Counted from the stretch's first letter, positions 18,287-24,446 are shown. The stretch is 64,000 nucleotides of DNA from a virus (IMGVR_UViG_3300018080_000129:1-64000); one strand, 5' to 3'. Translations and numbers: made by a program. Notes: generated by a model from the letters alone, not told the origin.

Positions 18287-18363
18287 TGGTGCTCAGGGAG
18301 GGATTCGAACCCTCAATAACTCGGTTCTAAGCCGAGCGCGTCTGCCAGTTGCGCCACCTGAGC
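18287..18363 (-). tRNA. tRNA-Leu(TAG), short variable region
   Basis: CTCGG-CTTAGAA-CCGAG, CCA. Confidence 0.88.
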
Positions 18364-18720
18364 TTAAATGTTGAGCTTTTTGAGATTCTTCAGATGAGCT
18401 ACTGCCTGCTTGTAACCTGCCGCCGCAGGCAATAACCGCTCGATAGCCCTTTCCAAAGCTCGACACAAACGTCTATGAACAATTCTCCTGAACTTCCTCG
18501 CTCCCAAGCCATACTCGTGCATTGTGAAACGAAATTGTTCCACCACGCCATGCTCACCATCTTTGTCCAAATCGACATCTACATCAAAAAGCACCGCTCT
18601 CTTCCAATGGTCAGGCGTGTCATCGTTGACCTGCACTCGATACACCTGCCCCGGAGGGTATCCAAGATTGCGAACGATGAATCTTACTCTCTCACCAAGT
18701 TGTTTCGTTGTCATTGCCAT
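18364..18720 (-). CDS. hypothetical protein
   Basis: RBS AAGGAG; stop abuts the tRNA. Confidence 0.65.
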   Translation of the reverse strand: MAMTTKQLGERVRFIVRNLGYPPGQVYRVQVNDDTPDHWKRAVLFDVDVDLDKDGEHGVVEQFRFTMHEYGLGARKFRRIVHRRLCRALERAIERLLPAAAGYKQAVAHLKNLKKLNI

Positions 18721-18795
18721 GATAAGGCTCCTTTCGTTAAGGCCCTACCCGACAATTCCTCCAGCGGTGGAAGTCATGGCTTTTCTCCTTGAAGT

Positions 18796-18883
18796 TGGTG
18801 GTCGAGGAGGGAGTTGAACCCTCACGCTCTTAATGAGCACGGAACCCTGAATCCCGCGTGTCTGCCGATTCCACCACTCGACC
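18796..18883 (-). tRNA. tRNA-Leu(CAG)
   Basis: CGGGA-TTCAGGG-TTCCG, long arm, CCA. Confidence 0.9.
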
Positions 18884-18884
18884 A

Positions 18885-19370
18885 TTAGAGTGCTTTCAAA
18901 AACCTGACATCATGCAACATGCTCACCACGGTCGTCTGAGGACGACGCTTGGCGAAGTCGAACCGATGATTGAACATCGGAAAGACATCATTGTATCCGT
19001 ATAGATGAGCGAAACAGGAATCGTGACAGACCAGATATTTCGCCTTATCCTTCAAGGCCCGTATCGAAGTCGCCCGATTCAGACTGTCCCCGTGGTCAAC
19101 CAGAACCACGTCCCATTCCTCTTCATACTCAGGAACGCTGCACCAGTCCTTGACATGATGAAATGTGTGGAATGAACTCGTCATCCAAGAAAACTGATTC
19201 AACCAGTTCATGTCTCCTTCCAAAGAGACCAATTTTCGATTCTGGATGGCGCAGATTCCATGAAGCCAAAGAGAACTCCCCCAACCGCAGCCAAGCTCCA
19301 ATATCGGGCCAGTTGTGGCTGTCACCACGGCGGCAAGTACAGGCTGATGAGAAAAATACTCAGGATTCAT
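18885..19370 (-). CDS. SAM-dependent methyltransferase-like protein
   Basis: ILELGCGWGSS, DVVLVDH, VCHD. Confidence 0.75.
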   Translation of the reverse strand: MNPEYFSHQPVLAAVVTATTGPILELGCGWGSSLWLHGICAIQNRKLVSLEGDMNWLNQFSWMTSSFHTFHHVKDWCSVPEYEEEWDVVLVDHGDSLNRATSIRALKDKAKYLVCHDSCFAHLYGYNDVFPMFNHRFDFAKRRPQTTVVSMLHDVRFLKAL

Positions 19371-19528
19371 CCGTAAAGCTCTGTCTCAATTTCCTTGCAA
19401 ATCTTCAGACAATCCTCGTTCGATACCTCGAAGGGCACGACAACGGAATAATGAGGGTCTTCAAAAGACTTGCGCATCTCCGTCCTCAAATGAATTTCTT
19501 GCTCTTCTGTCATCTTTTCCTCTCTTTG

Positions 19529-19617
19529 TGGTAGGAGCGGTGGGAGTCGAACCCACACGGAACTTGCGTTCCCCTGATTTTGAATCAGGTGTCTCTTGCC
19601 AGTTGGACTACGCTCCC
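19529..19617 (-). tRNA. tRNA-Leu(CAA)
   Basis: CCTGA-TTCAAAA-TCAGG, long arm, CCA. Confidence 0.9.
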
Positions 19618-19628
19618 ACTTTTTCAAA

Positions 19629-20192
19629 CTACTCACGCACAGGATATAGATACGTCACAAAACAAATCGCCGCCAAGACCGTGCCGTATTCCTTATCGAC
19701 AATCAAGTCCTTGATGGCAAACTCGAAATCGAACACTTCCACCACGGCATTGTGATAACGCCTTTTAATAATGCCTTTCAGGTCGTTCTCCAGTATCTTC
19801 TTTGCCTTTTCAGAAGAAGCAAATCCTTCATACTCGGCAGCAAACCCACCGATAAACTCTCCCCCGACTTTCACCTTGCAGCGTCCTACTCCCGCACAAA
19901 TATGCTGACCCTGCTCACCGTTCATCTGAGCCATAATAGTTTCCAACACTGCTCCATGATGAAAGTATTCCTGAGCCTCTTCCAATGTGATTTCCTCGGC
20001 CTCAGGCGGCATGACACTGGTATATTTGACCACGTTGAAGTTCTCAATCTTGGCTTCCAGTAAAGCCAAATCGTAAGAACCCGTCTCGAAATGGTCGCTG
20101 CCTGCATCCTGCGTAATCTGCCCCGCTCCTGTTGTCACAAAGAAGTGATGAGGAATGCGATTGAATGTCTCGATGAGTCTTTTTTCTGCCAT
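19629..20192 (-). CDS. pyruvoyl-dependent arginine decarboxylase
   Basis: SYDLALLEAKIENFNVVKYT/SVMPP self-cleavage motif, HGAVLETIMA, GFAAEY. Confidence 0.88.
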   Translation of the reverse strand: MAEKRLIETFNRIPHHFFVTTGAGQITQDAGSDHFETGSYDLALLEAKIENFNVVKYTSVMPPEAEEITLEEAQEYFHHGAVLETIMAQMNGEQGQHICAGVGRCKVKVGGEFIGGFAAEYEGFASSEKAKKILENDLKGIIKRRYHNAVVEVFDFEFAIKDLIVDKEYGTVLAAICFVTYLYPVRE

Positions 20193-20216
20193 ACATGTTC
20201 TCCCCTCTATGTAATA

Positions 20217-20292
20217 TGGTGGAGGTAGAGGGATTCGAACCCTCGGCCTCAAGCTTGCAAAGCTTGCGCTCTCCCAATTGAGCTATACCCCC
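20217..20292 (-). tRNA. tRNA-Ala(TGC)
   Basis: G3:U70, loop TTTGCAA, CCA. Confidence 0.93.
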
Positions 20293-20420
20293 AATCTTGA
20301 AACCCATTGAGGGCCGGAGTCCCGCACCAGAACACGACTCCGGCCCTCCCGCTATTGCCGGAAGACCGTGCGCCGATTACAGGCGCACATCGTTGCTGAT
20401 TGGGTTTTGTCTCTATTCTT

Positions 20421-20434
20421 TTGTCAAAGAACGA
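20421..20434 (-). promoter_or_regulatory. boxA-like element TCGTTCTTTGACAA
   Basis: Resembles the rrn boxA consensus. Confidence 0.5.
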
Positions 20435-20443
20435 CTTATGAAC

Positions 20444-20698
20444 TCAGCTTTTCTCGCGTAAAATACAAAGCATCTCGTTGAGTTTCCTTGGTGTCATTCC
20501 ATAGATGTCCTTCACGTCAAAGCTGAATCCATGACTGGCAAGTATTTTCACTAACTCAACATTGCCAGTGTAGACAGCGAAATGCAGCGGACTCCAGTGG
20601 TATCTTTTCCATGCGTAGATGCCGTTTGACTTGAGAATCCTTTTCTCGTCATAACGACCAAGCAGAACCTTCATCCGCTCTTTTTCGCCTTGTTGCAT
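20444..20698 (-). CDS. single ankyrin-repeat protein
   Basis: WSPLHFAVYTGNVELVKILASHG...DIYGMTP. Confidence 0.75.
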   Translation of the reverse strand: MQQGEKERMKVLLGRYDEKRILKSNGIYAWKRYHWSPLHFAVYTGNVELVKILASHGFSFDVKDIYGMTPRKLNEMLCILREKS

Positions 20699-20770
20699 TT
20701 GGGTTTCTCCAATTACAACCTATAGGATTATACCCACTTACCGCCTTTCTTCGACGGTTTTCTTGAAAAA

Positions 20771-20846
20771 TGGCAGGCGGTGCAGGATTCGAACCTGCCT
20801 CTCCAGATTCGTAGTCTGGTGTTCTCTCCAGCTATACTAACCGCCC
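20771..20846 (-). tRNA. tRNA-Arg(ACG)
   Basis: CCAGA-CTACGAA-TCTGG, CCA. Confidence 0.9.
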
Positions 20847-21053
20847 ACAAACCCTTTTTCTTTTGATACGAACAACCGTCATTTCCTGAACCGGCCAGCC
20901 TGCGGCCTTTTTTGCAGCCTTCAACGCAAGCTTCCTGTCGCAGTCCAAAATCTTTGAAGTCTTATAGGAGGCGGCAAGCACCCGCCCATCCCGAACGCAT
21001 TCCTCAATTTCGGGACGTGTCATTATCCAAAGAGCCATTTCTTTGTAATCCAT
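20832..21053 (-). CDS. hypothetical protein
   Basis: RBS AGGAGG; stop inside tRNA-Arg. Confidence 0.55.
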   Translation of the reverse strand: MDYKEMALWIMTRPEIEECVRDGRVLAASYKTSKILDCDRKLALKAAKKAAGWPVQEMTVVRIKRKRVCGRLV

Positions 21054-21072
21054 GACGACCTCCTTTCTTTTC

Positions 21073-21146
21073 TGGAGCGGCCTACGGGAATCGAACCCGT
21101 GCCTTAACCTTGGCAAGGTTACGTGCTACCTCTACACCAAGGCCGC
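21073..21146 (-). tRNA. tRNA-Gly(GCC)
   Basis: TAACC-TTGCCAA-GGTTA, CCA. Confidence 0.92.
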
Positions 21147-21149
21147 TTA

Positions 21150-21223
21150 TGGCTCCCCTGCCTCGATTCGAACGAGGAACACGAGGTTCAAAGCCTCGCA
21201 TGTTGCCGTTACACCACAGGGGA
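21150..21223 (-). tRNA. tRNA-Gln(TTG)
   Basis: U1-A72, CGAGG-CTTTGAA-CCTCG, CCA. Confidence 0.92.
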
Positions 21224-21226
21224 ATA

Positions 21227-21301
21227 TGGCTGGCCTGTCAGGACTTGAACCTGAAACTCTTGAGTCAGAGTCAAGTGTGATGCCAATTTCACCACAGGCC
21301 A
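21227..21301 (-). tRNA. tRNA-Gln(CTG)
   Basis: CTTGA-CTCTGAC-TCAAG, CCA. Confidence 0.92.
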
Positions 21302-21302
21302 A

Positions 21303-21378
21303 TGGCTCCACGGGCAGGTCTCGAACCTGCAACAACCCGGTTAACAGCCGGATGCTCTACCAATTGAGCTACCGTGGA
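21303..21378 (-). tRNA. tRNA-Asn(GTT)
   Basis: TCCGG-CTGTTAA-CCGGG, CCA. Confidence 0.93.
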
Positions 21379-21384
21379 ACATGT

Positions 21385-21398
21385 TTTTCAAAGAACAC
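21385..21398 (-). promoter_or_regulatory. boxA-like element GTGTTCTTTGAAAA
   Basis: Close boxA match directly before a four-tRNA cluster. Confidence 0.55.
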
Positions 21399-21732
21399 TG
21401 AAAAGCAATGCCATCTCAGCCATCAACCGTTTCTCGCTCTTCTCTTCAAGACCTTTCAGAAACCTATCCAGAGCATCGGCGTCATGCTCTTCCGTCCTGA
21501 TGGTCTTACAGGGCAGGTCAATGACAAAAGCATTGAACCTGCCACGAGGAGTCTTGCCCTTTAATGCCTTTATGACGGAATCATTGCTGAAACCAAGCGG
21601 AACAGCCTTGCCGCCGATAACCGCATTGAGGTCATCTTCATAATGGCCCCAAGATGCGCCACAATGACAAGTCCTTTTCTCAAGAAGCAGCTTGAGAACA
21701 TCCTCGCATTTCGGACAAAAAATGAGCTTCAT
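21388..21732 (-). CDS. zinc-ribbon hypothetical protein
   Basis: CPKCED...CHCG. Confidence 0.65.
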   Translation of the reverse strand: MKLIFCPKCEDVLKLLLEKRTCHCGASWGHYEDDLNAVIGGKAVPLGFSNDSVIKALKGKTPRGRFNAFVIDLPCKTIRTEEHDADALDRFLKGLEEKSEKRLMAEMALLFSVL

Positions 21733-21746
21733 TGCTCTTTCCTTTT

Positions 21747-21824
21747 TGGCGGGACTGACGAGACTCGCACTCGCTTTACTCTTCCGTGACAGGGAAGCGG
21801 CTCGACTCCTTCGCCCTCAGCCCC
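21747..21824 (-). tRNA. tRNA-Asp(GTC), atypical D arm and T-loop TGCGAGT
   Basis: CTTCC-CTGTCAC-GGAAG, CCA. Confidence 0.8.
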
Positions 21825-21955
21825 AAAAATTCGGAGCTACTTTATCAGCACATTGACAGAGTGCCACCCTGCCCTGTTTGCGTCAATTTCACTCCCGGTT
21901 CCCGCTTTCTGAATGGCTGGTTCATACTCGCTAAAGAACCGTTTGGTTGTCAAAG

Positions 21956-22029
21956 TGACCCTGACGGGACTCGAACCCGTAATTTCTACCTTGAAAGGGT
22001 AGTGAGTTAGCCTGTTACTCTACAGGGCC
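21956..22029 (-). tRNA. tRNA-Glu(TTC), no encoded CCA
   Basis: CTACC-CTTTCAA-GGTAG. Confidence 0.9.
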
Positions 22030-22033
22030 ATAA

Positions 22034-22171
22034 TCCAGTACCGAAAATCGCAGAGAGGACTGTAACGTCGCTCTACCACTAAGCTACCGCCCATCAAAGT
22101 TGGGCGGGTTGGAATCGAACCAACGTCTACGGCTCCCAAAGCGAAGTATCTCTCCACTGGAGCGTACTGGA
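22034..22171 (-). ncRNA. YrlA-like Y RNA (circularly permuted tRNA-mimic module)
   Basis: Closing stem TCCAGTAC/GTACTGGA; internal order is T arm (GTTGG-TTCGATT-CCAAC), loop-closed acceptor stem (CCGCCCA-ACTTTGA-TGGGCGG), D arm (GCTT-AGTGGTA-GAGC). Confidence 0.82.
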
Positions 22172-22179
22172 AACTATAA

Positions 22180-22261
22180 ACTTCCAATACCGATAAGCGC
22201 GACAGGACTCGGTTTTCCTTAACAGGGAAGAAGTAACCCGTCACTGGAGCGTACTGGAAGT
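22180..22261 (-). ncRNA. second Y-RNA-like (YrlB-type) RNA with an anticodon-like hairpin
   Basis: Same 18-nt 5' arm TTCCAGTACGCTCCAGTG as its neighbour, long terminal stem, internal TTCC-CTGTTAA-GGAA hairpin. Confidence 0.72.
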
Positions 22262-22456
22262 TTTTTGAGAAAGAACGTTTTCTGCTTCGGTCTCATACAC
22301 AATGCTGCCACCACTGGCCTCAATGGTCTCTCGTCTGACCATGTATTCAGCAATCATCAGATGGCTATTGTCTGCGTCCACCTGAATCACCAAAGCTTTC
22401 TTGCCCGTGGTCTCCGTGTATTTCTCGGCTATTGCCTTTGCTTCCTCGAACTTCAT
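22241..22456 (-). CDS. hypothetical protein
   Basis: Short ORF. Confidence 0.5.
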   Translation of the reverse strand: MKFEEAKAIAEKYTETTGKKALVIQVDADNSHLMIAEYMVRRETIEASGGSIVYETEAENVLSQKTSSTLQ

Positions 22457-22691
22457 TGCGAATCTTTTCCTCTCTTACTGTATTGAATAGCGGGCTGCTA
22501 CATCCAGCCCCAAACGCGGGAGATGACCACGAATTCGGGTCTTTGATTATCTCCTCATACTTGCTACAAAGCTTTTCCTTTGTCAAAAATCTGCACTGCT
22601 TCTTTTCTACATCCCATTCGCCATAAGGACAGGCGCGTACTGTGCAGCAATAACCGCACTGAACACAGGGATATTTCTCGGCATACTCCAT
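22365..22691 (-). CDS. YkgJ-like cysteine-cluster protein
   Basis: CVQCGYCC...C...CRFL...C..Y. Confidence 0.65.
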   Translation of the reverse strand: MEYAEKYPCVQCGYCCTVRACPYGEWDVEKKQCRFLTKEKLCSKYEEIIKDPNSWSSPAFGAGCSSPLFNTVREEKIRNEVRGSKGNSREIHGDHGQESFGDSGGRRQ

Positions 22692-22711
22692 ATCATAATC
22701 TCCGGCATCGT

Positions 22712-22786
22712 TGGCAGGAGAGCCGGGACTCGAACCCGAATCCAAGGATTTGGAATCCTTGATGCTACCAATTACACCACTCTCCT
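22712..22786 (-). tRNA. tRNA-Trp(CCA), first gene of the array
   Basis: AAGGA-TTCCAAA-TCCTT, CCA. Confidence 0.92.
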
Positions 22787-22816
22787 ACATCTTCTACTTC
22801 GTCAAAACGCCAGAAA

Positions 22817-22827
22817 TTCAATGAACA
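22817..22827 (-). promoter_or_regulatory. boxA-like element TGTTCATTGAA
   Basis: Lies just past the attenuator terminator. Confidence 0.45.
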
Positions 22828-22833
22828 AAATCC

Positions 22834-22863
22834 AAAAAAAAGACCCGAATTTCTTCGGGTCTT
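22834..22863 (-). terminator. intrinsic terminator of the attenuator
   Basis: AAGACCCGAA-GAAA-TTCGGGTCTT followed by a U tract. Confidence 0.9.
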
Positions 22864-22911
22864 CTTCAGGCTTCACTTTGTTTGATTGATGTGTTACCTG
22901 AAGAAAACCCG
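22856..22911 (-). promoter_or_regulatory. antiterminator helix
   Basis: CGGGTTTTCTTCAGG (22897-22911) pairs 15/15 (one G-U) with CCTGAAGAAGACCCG (22856-22870), which overlaps the terminator 5' arm. Confidence 0.85.
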
Positions 22912-23013
22912 CTGACTATCTCCGACTTGATTGGGATACAACGGGAGCAGTGATGGGAAGTGGCGTTCCCACCCGCATCTCGTTGTTTTACCTGCAATCA
23001 TCATCGAAGACAT
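22894..23013 (-). CDS. 39-aa leader peptide containing all 20 amino acids (not in ORF track)
   Basis: MSSMMIAGKTTRCGWERHFPSLLPLYPNQVGDSQRVFFR*; SD GGAG 8 nt upstream; 35 distinct codons. Confidence 0.85.
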   Translation of the reverse strand: MSSMMIAGKTTRCGWERHFPSLLPLYPNQVGDSQRVFFR

Positions 23014-23050
23014 CACGGTTTCTCCAGATAACGTTTCAACTCTCTGCCCT

Positions 23051-23079
23051 ATTATACGGCAATTTCACAAAAAGTTCAA
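23051..23079 (-). promoter_or_regulatory. sigma70 promoter TTGAAC-N17-TATAAT
   Basis: Near-consensus hexamers with a 17-bp spacer. Confidence 0.85.
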
Positions 23080-23107
23080 GGAAAATCTTTGAGATTTTGA
23101 ACTTTTT

Positions 23108-23323
23108 TTACGGCTTACCTACATTGTCGCCCCAATACTGAGGCTTATCACTTGCAGCCTCGACAACGCCACGACGAGTCTTCGTGGGATTCACACCCGA
23201 ACCTGTGGGGTTGCCAACCTTTCTTGTCGTAGCATCTGTCCGCACAGGAATGCAGCTATGGGCGTAGAAAGCCTCCACGTCCTCAATCTGCTTGTCCGTG
23301 CTGTTCGCTCTGTACGTAGGCAT
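23108..23323 (-). CDS. hypothetical protein
   Basis: RBS AAGGAG. Confidence 0.6.
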   Translation of the reverse strand: MPTYRANSTDKQIEDVEAFYAHSCIPVRTDATTRKVGNPTGSGVNPTKTRRGVVEAASDKPQYWGDNVGKP

Positions 23324-23338
23324 TTTCTTTCTCCTTAT

Positions 23339-23557
23339 TTATTGACCGTCAAAAGCATCCGGTGGCTTGACCACGTTTGCTACGCCAATGACATTATTTG
23401 GCTGCTCATACTGAAGCTTCGGAGTACGGTCTCCGACAGCATTTCTGAGCGTAGTTCTGCCCGTGGGAATTGCCACCGTATTTTCCTTGAAGAAGGCAAG
23501 CTCGGCATCCCGTCCGAGATTGCCCTGACCCTGCTGGTATTTCCTTGTGTAGGCCAT
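23339..23557 (-). CDS. hypothetical protein, paralog of 51751-52002
   Basis: MAY(T/S)R(K/R)YQQ...ELAFFKxNxVA(I/L)P is shared. Confidence 0.7.
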   Translation of the reverse strand: MAYTRKYQQGQGNLGRDAELAFFKENTVAIPTGRTTLRNAVGDRTPKLQYEQPNNVIGVANVVKPPDAFDGQ

Positions 23558-23574
23558 TTTTGGCACCTTTCACC

Positions 23575-23605
23575 CTATAACAGGAATATCAAAAAATTGT
23601 TCAAA
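23575..23605 (-). promoter_or_regulatory. repeated AT-rich (late-type) promoter motif
   Basis: ACAATTTTTTGATATT-N-TTATA. Confidence 0.55.
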
Positions 23606-24434
23606 GTAGACCCTTCTCGAAACAGGAATCAACATTGACATTGAATTTGCTGTGCTCCTTATCCCTCAACTCGACCTCTGTGTAAAAATCCTCAGCTTCC
23701 GGCGTTTCCTTGTATCCCTTGCCCCCACACTTCTTCCCTGCGTTCTTACCTGTCGTGAACTCAATGACGTTGTTCCCCTCATAACCATGCAGAACGCTGT
23801 CCTGATTGTATTTTTTCCCCATCTCTGCCAGCTTCTTGTGCATGTCCTTTCTTTGGTTCTTCTTGTAGCGAACCATGAATCCCTTTTGAGACTTTTTCAT
23901 CTTCTTGGGAAGCTCAAGGTCGTCATGGACAACTAAAAAGCTCGGCTCTTTTCCTCCATAATGGCCGACTACCTGAGTATAAGGCACTCCAAGGGATTCC
24001 AGTTCATCCTGCAACTGTTCATGTCGCTTGTGAAAGAACTCGTCATCCGGCTCCTTCTCCGCTTCTTCAGGGTTGTTCGGATTTCTACCAGCCGAGATGA
24101 CCGTGTATTGGCCTTTCTTCAGAGTATCCTGCAACTCCTGCTTGGTCATCCGAACGTGATTCTTGTATTCCTTCTTTTTCGGAGCTTCTTCAAGCTTCTT
24201 TTTCTTGACCTTCTCTTTAAGCTTTTGCTTGACTGTATGCTTGATGTGCTCCTTGACGACTTCTGCATGTTCTTCAGGAGTGTCAGGATGAATCGTATGA
24301 CGCTTTGGATTTGCCGCTGGATGCTCTTGCTTGTACTGTTTCCACTCCGTCAGACTCATCTCGAAAGCAAGAATTTCCGAGAATGCCACGCGCATGGCGA
24401 TGCGGCGAATATCGGATTTTGCGTATCGAGACAC
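23601..24434 (-). CDS. SAM lyase (T3 SAMase)-like domain protein with an N-terminal extension
   Basis: YTVISAGR...RH..L...GHY..KEPSFLVV...YNQDSVL matches the motif order I recall for T3 SAMase/DUF3293. Confidence 0.6.
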   Translation of the reverse strand: MSRYAKSDIRRIAMRVAFSEILAFEMSLTEWKQYKQEHPAANPKRHTIHPDTPEEHAEVVKEHIKHTVKQKLKEKVKKKKLEEAPKKKEYKNHVRMTKQELQDTLKKGQYTVISAGRNPNNPEEAEKEPDDEFFHKRHEQLQDELESLGVPYTQVVGHYGGKEPSFLVVHDDLELPKKMKKSQKGFMVRYKKNQRKDMHKKLAEMGKKYNQDSVLHGYEGNNVIEFTTGKNAGKKCGGKGYKETPEAEDFYTEVELRDKEHSKFNVNVDSCFEKGLL

Positions 24435-24446
24435 ATCATTCCCTTT

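Noticed and set aside
22060-22135. True permuted or split tRNA gene
   Set aside because: No anticodon arm or CCA end; the module sits in a Y-RNA-like stem shared with its neighbour
478-22786. Stop-codon reassignment or suppressor tRNAs
   Set aside because: No CTA, TCA or TTA anticodon found (loops TTCAGGG and TTCAAAA read CAG and CAA); long genes are intact in code 11
22950-23141. 63-aa plus-strand ORF over the attenuator
   Set aside because: Promoter, SD and terminator all point to the minus strand; the 39-codon minus ORF explains the region
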